Shown here one piece after another: positions 10,371 through 23,734 of a DNA stretch of 59,724 nucleotides (position 1 is its first letter; every line of letters begins with the position of its first letter). A program made the translations under genes and the position numbers. The notes under the pieces were generated by a model. That model had not been told where the DNA came from, made no database searches, and saw only the letters and a list, made by a program, of their open reading frames with translations. The DNA comes from Chara braunii. Taxonomy: Eukaryota > Plantae > Charophyceae. The DNA is taken from positions 4,568,848-4,628,571 of the forward strand of contig BFEA01000031.1 in NCBI GenBank assembly GCA_003427395.1. The letters run 5' to 3'.

Positions 10371-11479
10371 AGCCCCCTGGGAGGGTGCCTGAAAGCCTCC
10401 AGGCATCTGTCCAAGCAAAAACTACTCTTGTGATCTTTACCCAATGGGGTTTCCAACTTTCCACCATTGTTGGAGACTGTCTACTAAAGGGCAGTACAAC
10501 CAAATATGGATCATATTCTCCCAGCCACAATTGCATCGCGGACATAAGGTGGAGATGTCCATTCCTCTTGATGATAGCCACACAAACGTGGCTGTCACCA
10601 GGAGCGACTGCAGCCACATTATGCTAGCCTGTTTTTGGACTCCCAGTCTTGTCAATGTCGTCCAAAATTGGGACAGACTTTGTTTTGTGACCTCCCTTAA
10701 TTGATGTGACTCCCCTCGTTTCAGGGCCACTGAAGTAGGAGATCTCTTCAAGCGTGTTGGGACTGTATTTCAATAGTTCATGGGTGTACTGTTTCTCGAT
10801 TGATGCGTGGTGCGTGGCTTCCCTTGCGGAGGGGACACGCATATCTTCTCTCACAACCGGATGTCCGGAAGGACTGTTCATGGGTGTAGCAAAGCAACTG
10901 CGTTTGTTGTAATTTGCTTTCAATATCTGAATCTATCAAACACACAACCGCTATATGTATTGACTAGCTTCAGGCCAGTTAGGGCCTCGCTCCACTACTG
11001 TCGACATGGATAAAAGACAAATTAGACAATTTAGACAAAAAAAATCAATGGGGGTGTATCTTTCCATATTCTAGCGAAAGATTCACTCTCCTTTTGCACG
11101 TTTTGAGAGTAGTGGGGCGATTTCCTTAGTCCCCCAGCGTCTTCACTGAAGGGCACAGAGACCTCGATATTGTCGTCGCCGACGTCGTTGCCACCGAACA
11201 GCCGCCAGAAACGACTTCGCCCTCGGAAACTCAAATGCATGTAACCGCAGCAGTGGTCTAGTTGCTGAATCGTAGGGCGATAGCCAGCGGCATGTCTTAC
11301 GTGCGAGTTAGCTAAGGGTCATTCTTCTAACCCGTCAATCTAGTGTAGTCAACCCGGCCAATCTAGTGTAGTCAACCCGGTCATCAAGTGTAGTTGACGA
11401 GCGCGAAAGGTGATGATGGCATACTAGATCCTGCTGCTTCCTGGACTTCACGGTGCACGCTGCATGCAGAGTGGCTGGC

Positions 11480-12660
11480 TGGGGATGCATCAGGTTAGTG
11501 CTACTTGGTTCTTTCTCGTTCTGTTTGCCTTGGGCCTTATCTCTGTACTACAATTTTGCCCCGACTAGAACGCAAATGCGTTGTAATCGAATACAAGTCA
11601 TTGGTCGTTTTCAATTCAAATACAACACCCGGGCATACAGTTAAAACAGCCCTTCTAACCGAATCTTTCACTTTTTTGGCTGTTTGAATCATCTAATTCC
11701 CGCGCCCCCCCCCCCCCCCCCCCAAACCCCCACCCCAAACCCCCACCCCAACGCATATGAGTTATGTTTGCGGGAAAGCGGTAGGGATGTGTGAGTTTGC
11801 TACAGGGTTCATTATTATCATCACCATTTCGCTCACTTTCCGACCTTGATATTGCCGTCATGGGTATCGTTGCCGTTGAGGCTGCGTGGGGCACTTGCTG
11901 GCGATGCATCATTAGGTTAGTGTGGCTCCTTCTTTTCTCCTTCTGTTTGCGTTGGGGGGCCTTATCTCTGTACCAGCCTGCTACGGATGGAGGTGCGAGT
12001 TTACTACACGCTTCAGGATCCATCATCAATGTTGACCATTTCTTTTTCAATCTGTTCCTACCGTCTTCACCGGATACAACGTACGGTCATTGGGCCTGTA
12101 TTTGGGGCAACTTTCAGTCTAGATACAACAATTATATTGATCATACATTGTATTGGGGTGAAGACGGAAGTTGTCATCATTCCCTTCCGCTATTGTTCGA
12201 ATGGTATATCATGTTCATATGATGATCGCTGTAGCAATCGGAGAACATCATAATCTTATATGATGGCTTCGCTCTTAAATGGAAACGTTTATGTAACTAG
12301 GGGCAAATTGGAGATATACGGCTTTCGAAACATACGCAGTCAGGAGAGTCTGCCTCCTTCTTTCTCGGTCTGTTTGCGTTGGGCCTTATATCTCTGTACA
12401 CTACCTACCTATCTACCTACCTACCTAGGGATGTGCGAGTTTGCTACACGGTTCAGTATTCATTGTCACTTGCACTGTTTCTTTCTTGCATGTGTTGCTA
12501 GCTGTCGTTCCCTTCTCCTGTGGTTCACTTTTTTTGTTCGCTATGTGCTCATATCATGTTATGAGCGCTGTAACAATAGGGGAACGTATATACGATGGCT
12601 TCGCTCTAAAAGGAACAGTTTCTTACGGGCAAATTGCAAATATACCGCTTCCAAACCGTA
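11480..12660. repeat. Old degenerate tandem duplication (300-450 bp units)
   Basis: Motif ttctttctc.ttctgtttgc.ttgggccttatctctgtac at ~11509, ~11930 and ~12358; segment ~12205-12330 resembles ~12548-12655. Confidence 0.7.
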
Positions 12661-12694
12661 GTCTAGAAATGTAAGTTTCAAAAAACCCTCGTTC

Positions 12695-14612
12695 AGAATA
12701 GGAAAAAAGAGCTCGGAGGGGGGGCCGCGCGAGGGAGCGCTAACGCGGCAGCAACAGTGGCGGTGGCGGCGCTAGGTCGTGGTTAGTCGCGGCTGTGTAG
12801 GTGTGGCGGGTGAGCTTCGCGTTCTATCATTCTTACGTGGCACCTACCCTGCCAGGCACCATAGCTGTGTGAGAGCTATGGCGACAGTGCCCTGGCGTAG
12901 CCTAGCCCTTGAGTGGGTAGGGAGTGTCGTTGCACTCTTACGCCTTGGCATCCTGGCAGTCCCTCTTTCAACCCTCATACCAACCTATACACCTACAAGA
13001 CTTTGATATCGGAGGAGCTGCCTTCCCCTTGAGCCTTCTGCTGGAAAAGGGGGGGTCCTTTTTCAATACCTAACGACCGCACGCTGCGCGACACGATAGC
13101 TTGATCGCCCTATTCACTAAAAGCGGAGCGGCGCATCTGGACGCAGTGGGAGAGCGTGCGGCTGCGGTGGCAGCGTTCCGGTGCATTGAAGGGTGGCGGC
13201 AAGTCTCGTTTGCTTATCCTCGGTGCAAGACAGTACGTTGTTCGTTTGTCCCAGGTTCGGGGTTCTTGTTTGACCAGATTGGCCACAGGTCACTCAAGTC
13301 TTGAGTAGTACGGGGAGTGTTCTTCGATTGACCTACGGTCATCATGGAATTCTGCGTGTAATGTGCTATGTTTATACCTATGGTAGCCTCCGGGGAATTA
13401 ATACGAGGAAGATACGAGTTCTCTGCTGGGTCTCGTAGCCCTATGGAATTTAGACTTGGTTATGTAGTGGAAGTTGGGATTTGCCTTTTAAGGTTGTTCT
13501 CTTCATTTGATATCGTGTAGTTTTATAGAAGTCTGTTTGGTTGTCGTGGTCTGAATTTGGTCGAAATTTGTTGTCTCCGTGCATTTCGGTATTTGTTGAG
13601 TTGTTCTCTGGAAACTACCGAAGTGACAAGGCTGATACCTTGGTTGGTGGAGTCGTCTTTTCGCTCGATCAATTCGCGTTTGTCCTGCAATCAGGCCATC
13701 GGCTGGTTTCTTGATTTGGTTGTGGAACTGAGCTCTACTGACGCCAGCTTTCAGAGTGTACTGGCGGGTGTTGACCGAGGTCAGTGCTCGTTTGACGTTC
13801 CTTAATGATGGCTTCACGAATGCTTTTGAGGTAGTCGTTTGTCTCGAAGCCCAGCTTGTGTTTTAAAGTCTTTCATCACTGTGAATGTCTCTGTTGTTGT
13901 CTGTGGCATTTTGTTTGGCTGGGTTGACAGCTGGCTGAAGTATCATGTTCCGCTTGCTGGGCGAGGTCATTTCATGACGTCCTTTTGTTGGGAGTTTTGA
14001 CGTGTTGTGTCCGGGATCTGCTTCAACTCTTCCGAGTCCGCTTGGTTTTATCATGTCTAATTTTGTTTTCTCTGCATGGTTTAGTCTTGTTTGGTTGATT
14101 TTTCCTCCCCTGGTTGGTGATATGCCATTTCGACTGGTTAAAAAGTTCGTGGTTGGATTGATGAAGCTCCGAAGTCCTCTGGGTTGGCGGCACCATTAGT
14201 GTGTGTGGGAAACTTGCGTGTGGTGGTGGGAACGTTGCCCGGGGAAGTGGACCTTCTATACGTGGCTGCTCTAAGCTCCGAAACCCTATGCAATTTAGAG
14301 TTGTCCACGCAGTTGTTTTTTGAACTGTTTTGTAGTTACTATCGATTCCTATATTGGAATAGTGGGGATTTCTCGAAGGTTGTTTACCGTCGTTTTTGTT
14401 TTAGAATCATGCAGATCTTTCGAAGTAAATTTTAATTTCTTGTGAATTGCCTTGCACATTCTTGAGTTTTGCAGTTTACAACTTGTAGCCTTTGCCAATA
14501 GTGTTTCGACTTTAGAAACATGCCGGCGTTGTATTTTGTCTCCTGCGCTGCAAGGTTATTATGTTATAGGCTGACAGATTTATAATTAAAAAAAAAAAAA
14601 AAAAAAAAAAAA
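12695..14612 (+). mobile_element. 1.9-kb non-coding retroposed insert (non-autonomous non-LTR element or RNA retrocopy)
   Basis: Poly(A) at 14588-14612; 15-bp TSD aaaaaaccctcgttc (12680-12694) / aaaaaaccctccttc (14607-14621); no ORF over ~105 aa. Confidence 0.72.
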
Positions 14613-14973
14613 CCCTCCTTCGCTGTAGTTTCATAGCAAAAGTAGTGGTGGGCTCCAAGTTTTGTTGCAAAAATATATATGATCTTTCGTTGCAGCTTTA
14701 CAGGTCCCGCTAGGTGGTCCCACTTGCACGAATTAAGAGATACTGACCGTAGATAGCAAAGATCAACGGCCAAAATTTCCTAATCTGTGCAAGTGGAACC
14801 TTGCCCCCGGGGTCGTTTCACAGCAAAAATGTTTGCAGGAGGGGTCGCACTTTCATTCCACAAAAAAGAAAAAAAAAACATCTTTCAGACCCCCACATCA
14901 TTTCCGCGAGGAAACTTCGAAAACGCGCCAAACTATACTACCTGTCCGCGTAGGTATTGAAAAAAAGTGCGCG

Positions 14974-14991
14974 GTCCTTCTGGACATCCGT

Positions 14992-15023
<32 letters not shown>

Positions 15024-15076
15024 GGCCCCTGCTCAAGGATGACACGCATAAAAAAAAAAAAAAAAAAAAAAAAAAA
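14974..15076 (+). pseudogene. U6: U6 snRNA retrocopy, 3'-truncated, poly(A), TSD
   Basis: AAAATTGGAACGATACAGAGAAGATTAGCATGGCCCCTG.CAAGGATGACACGCATA with intact ACAGAGA box; TSD aaaaaaagtgcgc at 14960-14972 and 15070-15082. Confidence 0.95.
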
Positions 15077-15310
15077 GTGCGCAACAGCTATTTCGGCTTT
15101 GCTATCCTCTTAAGCAGCTATACTTCGACTTTGCTATTGAATTTTGACTTTGTGTTACGCTGCCATTCTCGTTTCTTTTTTCCGTGAAAAAAAACATTAA
15201 ACAATGGAAGTCTGTTTTTCTTGCATCAAAGACAATTCGGAGGACATTCTCGTTCTTGGTGGTTGAGTGTATGTGCAATTTTGTATTCCAGGTAGTCGGA
15301 CTGATGGGTA

Positions 15311-15443
15311 ATGGGACCTCGCTCCGCTACTCTTGACATGACATCGTGCAAAACGAAAGTGAATCTTCCGCTAGAACATGGAAAGATACACCGCCATGAC
15401 TTTTGTCTTTTGTGCATGTCGACAGTAGTGGAGCGAGGCTCAT
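15311..15443. repeat. Fold-back/MITE-like element with conserved core
   Basis: Arms cctcgctccgctactcttgacatg / catgtcgacagtagtggagcgagg around core gtgaatcttccgctagaacatggaaagatacaccgcca. Confidence 0.75.
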
Positions 15444-16093
15444 GCTCGATGAGTTCCCTCGTATGTTGTGGGTCATGTGCATATTATATATTTTGCGACA
15501 AATTAGCGAAATATTTGACGTGAGGGTATTATTAATCAATCGAACTGTTCTTAGGTGCCCTTACTATGAAGCCCGGTATCGTATTGGTTAAGTTTATTTT
15601 ATTCTTCCTTGTTACATTTAATGCATTGCCATAAATTTCTGTTGTTACACCTTTGACCCAACAAAATTTTAATTATTATTATTATGTTTTGAACTGATCA
15701 GAACAGACGCTGCACTCGCTCTTGAAATTTCTGTTGTTAATCATTCGGCCCAGCAAATTTCGCGAATCTGGAAAACCCATAATTTAGCAAAAATGGACCA
15801 CCAATATCGCGCCTGTTGAATTCTCGTAGCGATCGACTGGACTTTGCACAAGAGCGTGAACGATTTTTGTAATTTTTATTTTTTCCTGCCGTGAAGTTGT
15901 TGAATTTTTATTTTTTCGAAGCAGATGTGAAAACGCAAAAAAGTTCGGGAGCACTCCCGAATGCGGGAGATGTGAAAAAAACTTTCAGGGGGGAGTGCGG
16001 GGAGGGGGGGAAAGAGAGACCGAGAAAAGTTGTGACGCGTGTCTGACACGGCACATGGCGCCACGTGTCAATGCATACACTCCACCTTCAGCC

Positions 16094-16142
16094 CACCGAA
16101 TAGAACACCGAATAGAACACCGAATAGAATACCGAATAGAAC
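16094..16142 (+). repeat. 12-bp tandem repeat (caccgaatagaa) x4 in the LINE 5' UTR
   Basis: Seen directly. Confidence 0.85.
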
Positions 16143-16757
16143 GCCCACCCAAAATAGTCCCACCAGGGCGCTTGGCGCACAACAAGTCTAGGGCAGGAGT
16201 TAGCGCCTTTAGGCGATGGTAGTAGTGCATGTGGCAAAACGATGCTGATACTTCGATGTCTTCCTCAGCATGTCCAAGGGAGACTCTACTCAAAACCGTG
16301 CATGCAGGGGTATGAGGTGTCTGACCAGGTGAAGGCCAGGTAGAGAGGCCTGCCATAGTAAGGTCGAGATTAAGGGGAAGTTCGTTGACAAGGAAGGGAG
16401 GAAGGTCGAAGGAGGGTAGACCTAAATGAAGAAGGTCGCGGCCTTTTTGCCATGTCGACGTCCTAATCATACGACCAGCATGGAGATAGACCCCTGCTTC
16501 ACAAGTCGGAGATGATGTGCGGCTTCAAGAACCCCCGAAGGTAATATCTCCCGCATCTCACAGGGTGGACTTTGTAAGCCGACTATCCCCGACTATTGAG
16601 GCTATATCCGAATGTTTGGGATTGGTTATGATAGATTTATGTAGGAATAGTAATAAGTTCAATATTTAGAGATAAACGAGCGGTCTCCGGTTTTGCATGT
16701 GTGTTGACTGTTTGTTTTTTACTATTGTATTGTACGAGCTTGGTTTCAACCGCCACT

Positions 16758-19469
16758 ATGGCGGCCTCGTCGTCAAAGCAGGGCCCAAAGACACCGACAC
16801 AACCGACCTCCAATTCGGAGAGAGAACGGTTAGGAGAAATTATCGAAAAATGCTACCTCGATGGAATCATCGCGGTAGACCTGGCGACAGGCACTGTGGA
16901 AAGGGGGGAAGACTTTGTTCGCGTCACAGTGAACAAAGATGTATATCGCATTCAAGAAGAATGGCTGCGCGAAAACGCTGTCTCCATCTTCTTTGGTGAC
17001 GATGCCTCTTCCTTGCCGGGAGAAGTTAAGAGTCGGTTAGTACATATTTATGAAGAAGGGTGGGCCAACGGGGGGGAAATCAATGCCCCACCGAAAAGAG
17101 GATTAATGCATAATGAAGGACGAAACCTAGTAACTTATGTTGCCTCATCGAAGGAAATTGGTCATTGGATGTTGATAAAAAGCAGTCTAAGGTGGAGTTA
17201 GATGGAAAAATGTACGTGGTCAACTTTCGCCCATGGATGACAGAAATGGAATTATATGAATGGCGAGAGGCGATGACATACACATTATTCTGGATTAGGT
17301 GTCAGCATGTCCCGGTAGGGGCGGTCCTCCATGTCGCAGCAGCTGTTAGATTGGCCTTTGGGGCAGTTCTCAAAAGCTATCCAGCCTATTTGGACCTGTT
17401 GTCACCAGATTTGAGAAATATAAGATTTGACCTCGAACCGATTGCCAAAACCAGGTTCAAACGGTGGTTAGTAGTCAATTTAGAGGCAGGGGGTATGTGG
17501 ACATCGAACTGGTGTGCGCTTCAACCCCCTGGTGCAGAAAATGTAGGGTACACTACCACGACGAATCTGATGAGGCTTGCCCTGCCAAGAGTGGGGGGGA
17601 AAGCTGGGGCAAAAGGGAGGAGGAACAACGAAAACTGCACGGATAAAGGGGGGAACCCCCCAACTCAGCAGGACCTCAAAATGAAGGGCAAGCTCTCGGA
17701 TGCGGAGGCGGAGGCGGGGGGAAAAGGATCAGAAAGGGAAAATGGAAAAGATGGGAAAACCGAAGAGGAGAAGGAGGGGAGGGGAGATCCAGCTCAAGGA
17801 AAGGGGGAGGCCTCTCAAAAAATCCCCCCCCCCCCCTTCATCATCATCACCATCAGCACCCGTTCAACCCAAGAAGGGGAAAGAGAAGAGGTTTCAAGCA
17901 AAACGAAAGGCCAGGGAAAAGAAGAAGACTAGTAAGACTAGTAAGTCAGCTCAGGGTCTGCAAAAACCGCAGTGGGTACCGGCTCCTGTTCCTGAATCCA
18001 AACAGGTGAAAGAGAAAGAACCCGTTTCCTCCTCCACGGACGCCGAGAAGATTAAGAAAGGAACTGTGGAGGAGGGAGGGAAGGAAGGTGGGACGAAAGT
18101 GGATCAGGAAGGTGGGATGAAAGCGGATCATGAAGGTGGGACGAAAGTGGATCAGGAAACAGAGAAGACAAGGAACTTGGAGCCAGGGAAGCTGACAGAG
18201 AAGGAGCAGGAGACGAGGGAGCAGGAAACTCAGAAGGATGTGGAAATGAAAAATGTAGATGAGGTTCAAGGAGAAATCCGTGACCTCGGTCCTAAGGAGG
18301 GAAATGAGGAAGTTGAAGGGGAACTAAATCGGGGCTCAGTGGAAGGAGGAACAGTGCTGACGATTGATACAGAGGGACTTATCCAAGCGGGGGAAAAAAA
18401 TTCCCACGCTATTTCTGACCCCCCACCTCCATCACCTGAAGCGGATCAGGACTGGGGCATCAGTAGGTTATTTCATAACGGGGAGGAAGGGATCATCATC
18501 TCCCCAAAAAGAAACCAGCTGGACCTTGGACCAAAGCCCCCCCCCCGGTTTTGTTCCCAGGGGGAGGGGAAAAACAGATCGGGAAAAGTAAGTGAACTTG
18601 TTCTGAACAGGGATTATATCCATCCTGAGGGTCGAGCGACTGTTTTGGAATTTGCGGTGCTAGGAATAATTAATGGAGGGGAGTTCTCCTTCGATTCATA
18701 CCATCTAGATCCAGTGTTTAGCTCCCCAGCTAAAATGCTGCGTTCCAACGAAAACAGGAGAATCGGCAAAGGGCGAAACGGGCATGATGAGAGAGGTTCG
18801 CTGGTTCTGACAGGGGAAGGGACTAACAGAAAGAGAGGTACGGTCGATAAATCCCCGCTCCCTAGTACCCAGCCCATGACTACTCTTACGAGAGCAGATA
18901 GGAAGAAAGGTTCGGTTCCACAATTTTTGGTCCCACTGATTATTTCTGATACTCCACAGGGACTAACATATATGACATGGAAAAGGGATGACTTCCTGGA
19001 ACTGTCATCGATCCGAGTGTCTTTTCCTGCTTCAGAAGAGCAAATCTTGGAGTTAACAGCAGAACAGGTAGTTAACCATACATTCAAATGTGGAATTCTG
19101 CGAGCTCCCAAAATGGGGCGCCACATAGTAAACCATGTAGACGGTTCTAAAGTGGCTCTGCATTGTGTAACGTTGGGCATTGTGTCAATGTCAGATGACT
19201 TTTGCAAGTGGTGTACAGTGGGAGCACACTGGGCCCTATTGGAGGATTCGTTGTCCCCAGGAAATGGCTCGGCTTGTAGTATCAGTCTGGCTGGAAGCCT
19301 TTCGGCTATTGAGGCAGCAAGATGGTTGGCGAAGTCCGACCCTCAGGCATTGTCCTCGGATAGTTTCCGAAACCAGCTAAGAGCATTGTGTGCCCCTACG
19401 CCGGAGGATCCCTCCACCCGTATCCAACAGACCAACGGGATCGACCACGTACATGGTCTTTCCACATAA
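16758..19469 (+). pseudogene. LINE ORF1 (frameshifted at ~17190, ~17490 and ~17700-17830)
   Basis: Plant-L1-like segments NFRPW and FWIRCQHVP; knuckle WCRKCRVHYHDESDEACP; charged linker; extra C-terminal globular region. Confidence 0.75.
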
Positions 19470-22400
19470 GATCCGGCTGGCAAGTTGGAACATAAGAGGA
19501 CTGGGTGACACAACTGAAAGAGAGAAAAATTCAAGACTATTATAATGGATACATAATCAAGGGGTGCAGATCATTTGCCTACAGGAAACGAAACTACATG
19601 CTGACAGACTGTAGGAATTTCAAAAGAAATGGAAAGACCCGCAGGTTTGGTCCCCAGCAGATGGGACCAAAGGTGGGGTATGCATATTAATACATAAGGA
19701 TTTAGAAGTAAATGTCATAGACCACTATGCAGATCAAGAAGGGCGCTGGGCCTGGGTAAAACTTGAGGTGGACCAGGAGGATTGGGCGGTCATGACAGTC
19801 TACACCCCGGTGAATTATAGGGAAAGAATAAAATTCTTTACGGATCTCCCCGCATGCTTAACAAATGTGGAGAACTTGATAATCATGGGGGACTGGAATA
19901 CAGTCCTCAGCCTAGGGCTAGACACCCCTTCCCCTAAACCACTGAGAGAAGACACGATAAGGCTTCTTTCACTACTGGAATCTCAAGGTTTGACGGATGT
20001 GTACAGGATAATGAACCCGGATTCAAATAGATACACTTGGTATGGTCCTAAGCAAGCTTCTAAGACCCCTCAACCTCGAAAGAGGTTAGACTTTATTCTG
20101 GCCAGGTGTGCAGTTTGGGACAGATGTATAGGGGCTGACTATTTCATCTCATCCCTCTCTGATCATTACCCGGTTCTAATGGATGTCATATCTAAGGACA
20201 TAATTGACAGAGTAAGACCACCCTTTAGGTTGAATGTCATGATCCTGAAAGATAAGGGTATACGAGAATGGGTAAAAGACCAAATGAAAACCTGGTCCAA
20301 GGCAAAGTTTCTGTTTGATAACGAGGATAGGTGGGTGGAAGTGGGTCTGGGTATAGTACAGGCAGCCTTGAAAGTCTTTCCCAGGATGAAAGTGGCTAAT
20401 CTCACTTGGAAAAAGAAGACCTTAATCAGGGAAGTTGAACAGGCGGAAGAAAAGATGGGGAAAAACCTATTTTCGGATTATTACTGGGCAGCAAAGAGAA
20501 AAGAAAGCCTAGCTAATCTCGAGGCCTTGGAGCTGCAAAAACAAAATGAGTGGCTAGAATGGCTTAGGGTAAGGGGAATGGTGGACTTTGATAGGATGAC
20601 GAAGATGACATTCAGATCCCTCCTTCTGAGTCAAAGTAGGCAACCCATCACGGAGTTGGTCCACCCCTTTGCCTGGAACGCCCCAGTGGCAACCACCACA
20701 GAGCAGATGTGTGGCTACACAATGAAATACTTTCAAGATATTGTTTCTACACGAAGACCCTTTGACTCCCTGGATTCTGATCTGTCAGAAAGCTCAGATT
20801 TCTGGTCTTGTTCACACTCAAGGTTATCAGCCACAGACCGTGCAAACCTAGAACAACCCTTGACAGCAAATGAACTATGGAAAGCAGCAAAACAGATGGC
20901 CCTAGGAAAGTGCCCAGGAATAGATGGAATGCCAATTGAAGTGTTCCTATGTACTTGGGAGGTTTTTGCCCCTTTCCTGGTGTCCATCTACAACAAGGCC
21001 TTGGATACGGGTACACTTCCAAAGACCATTTCTCTAAGTGTTATCTCCTTGTTGTACAAAAAAGGGGATAAACAAGAAGTAAGAAACTATAGACCCATAT
21101 CGGTATTGAATGTGGTGTACAAACTCCTCGCCAAGGCCTTAGCATTACGTCTTGCGGACCTCCTTCCGAATCTAATAGGGTGGGAACAGGGAGCGTTTGT
21201 AAAAGGGACGTCGGTCTTTGACAATATCCTATCGACGATACAAGCGCTGGAAGTGATCAGCAAGGAAAAAAGGGAGGTGGCGGTATTACTCCTGGATATG
21301 GAGAAGGCCTACGACAAAGTAGGGTGGGCCTTTGTCTTCACTACCCTGAGGAAACTCGGATTTGGTCAAGGTTCCTGCAGATGGGTGAAGGCAATGTATG
21401 CAGAAGCATCCTCCATGGTCATAGTAAATGGTAAGCTCTCAGGGGAGTTTAGATTGTCTCGTTCGCTCCGCCAAGGGTGCCCTTTGGCCCCACTGCAGTT
21501 TGTGATCCAACTGGATACATTGCTAGAAAATTTAAGAACAAATTCTAAGATTAAAGGTCTATCAATTTCCCCCTCCCTCCAATGGAAGGGAGGGGCGCTA
21601 GCGGACGACCTGACAGTTGCTGTAGAGAATACTCCTATAGTACTGCATGAGTTGCGTGTGGTTTTGGATGATTATTGTTTATTATCGAAAGCCTCGATAA
21701 ACTGGGATAAGTCTGCTTACTTTCTTCCTTCACCCTATGGATAAGTCTGCTTACTTTTTTCCTTCACCCTATGAGCTCTGTGTAGACTGGGGATTAAAAC
21801 AGGTCCCTTCGGGCACATCTGAACGGTTCCTGGGTATTCAAGTTTCCCTGTCTAATAGTGGTGCAGTGCAGGACTCTCTTCTTAGTGACAAAGTGGCGGC
21901 AAGAATTAGCGGATGAGTCCGCAATTTCAAGTTGTCATTGTTTGGAAGGGCCTTGGTACTCTCAACGACGGCTTTCTCGATCTTGTGGTTCCCTCTAACG
22001 ATCCACCTGTTGGGAGATGAGGCTTACACTAAGATAAAGAGAGCAGGCTCCAGATATCTTTGGAAACCTGCAGCAGGCGAAGAAGAGAACTTCATTTCTA
22101 AGGTGGAATGGGATGCTGTGGCAATGCCTCGAGAGCAGGGTGGTTTGGGCATTCTGGACCCAAAACGCCAAAACATAGCCTTATTGGCCAAATGGCCAGT
22201 CCAAGGGATGATGGAAAGCTCAAACAAAATGTGGATGCAACTTGCGGAGTATATATTGCAAAAGGAATGGGACCTGTCCCATAGCTCACATGTATGGCTC
22301 TGTATGTTAGTGCATTCTTACTCCACGAAGCATCCCAAATCAAGAACATGGAAGAACATCTTATTTGCATGGAACAAGGTGCGTCCACATTTATTGAAAG

Positions 22401-23734
22401 AACCAGTCACGTGCACGGAAGTCTGTAATGAACTCTTATTTGACAATGTCTTTATTAAACAAGACAATGGGGTAGTTTTTCCAGCAGATGGCTCAGCTTG
22501 CTCCTTTGGCTAGGCGTGGATCAAGAAAGGAATACTGCAGGTCAGAGATTTATGGGACTTTGAGCTGGACCAATAATTAACGAAGCAAGAAATCAGAAGA
22601 AAGCTCCCAAGGTTACGTCTGGTAGAAGCCAATGTGGAGAAAATAACAAGTGCGGTCCCTGCACACTGGATCTCCCTGCTGAAGAGTGCACAATCGAAAA
22701 CCAAGGATACCTGGCTCAGATCCCCATATGGTTCCAGAATATGGAAGGTGGAGAACCAGGAAGGAATATCGGGCTATAGAGTTCAAACGTGGATCGAAAG
22801 TATCAGAGCGAGAGGTCAAGTTTCCCTGCGATTTGAAGGTGAAAGAGTGGTGCATGACCTGGATGACCTTACTGAGTTGAGAGTACTCGAACAAGTAGGC
22901 ACGAAGAAACTGCCTACGGTTTCACTGTTGGGCGAAGCAGAGAAATTCAAGGTGGAACCTTTAATGTTTGGTTGGGAAAAAAACAGGTCCCAACTACCGA
23001 AGGATACTGCGCTGATTAATTATAAACCAAGAGTGGGTGTGGCAGTTCTGAGGGTGCTGATACCGGATCCTCAATCTACTAAAGCAGAAAGGAGATATCA
23101 AGACGAGAGAAGGTTGATGCCACAATGGAACAAGTTATGAAAGGCATTGAAGAAGCTACCTTCGCAGAAACAGGCGAGCCTGATTAAGCAACAGACCCTA
23201 CAGGTTGTCCCAGTGGCTACATGGTTGGCAGGTAAAGGGATGAATATTGAGGAAAATTGCAAAAGATGCGGTCACAACAAGGAAACCGCACAGCACCTCT
23301 GGTTACGATGCCCGCGGTCTATTCTAGTTTGGGAATGGTGGAAGACCAAGTGGAAGAGCATGGAAGAGAACACATTAGAATTGTCAGATGAATGGATTCT
23401 GCACAGTTCAGCGTCTCAGACTACAGGCTTCACGGAGGGATGGGGCTATGTAGCCCTGGTATGCAGAGGAGTAATCATGGAAGCCATTTGGACTTCAAGA
23501 AATGCAATGGTGTTCTGCAAGGAAGATACGATGATTCATAAGCAAAAACACCAAATCAGGAAGAAAATTCGCCTGACCATGCATGCGGATTGGGAAAGAT
23601 GCCGCATGTCCAAAGGCAAGGGCACTAGTTGGTTTCGCAGAACCTGGACACTTGGTAATACGTTAGCCATGATTACTGTGGATGATAAATTGAAGGTTGG
23701 ACCATGGCTCCTGCGAGGGGAGGAGGGGCGATAG
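19470..23734 (+). pseudogene. LINE ORF2: APE endonuclease, RT and C-terminal zinc finger
   Basis: IRLASWNIRGLG, MGDWN, RLDFIL, SDH (APE); KCPGIDG, NYRPISVLN, LDMEKAYDKV, LRQGCPLAP, LADD (RT); CKRC...ETAQHLWLRC. A 34-bp tandem duplication at ~21706-21773 and several stops disrupt it. Confidence 0.93.

Noticed and set aside
10371-10380. PPT-like AGGGGGCT on the minus strand next to the right LTR
   Set aside because: No retroelement internal sequence is recognisable beyond it, and this LTR has the PBS and gag on its other side; treated as chance flank.
10371-11240. Coding-like minus-strand fragments
   Set aside because: Short, broken and without a recognisable family.
11337-11397. atcaagtgtagt resembling U2 snRNA
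   Set aside because: Only 12 nt, and part of a local ~23-bp tandem repeat.
14974-15050. Functional U6 gene (likewise U2 and U4)
   Set aside because: 3'-truncated with A tails and/or TSDs, and conserved positions are mutated; these are retrocopies.
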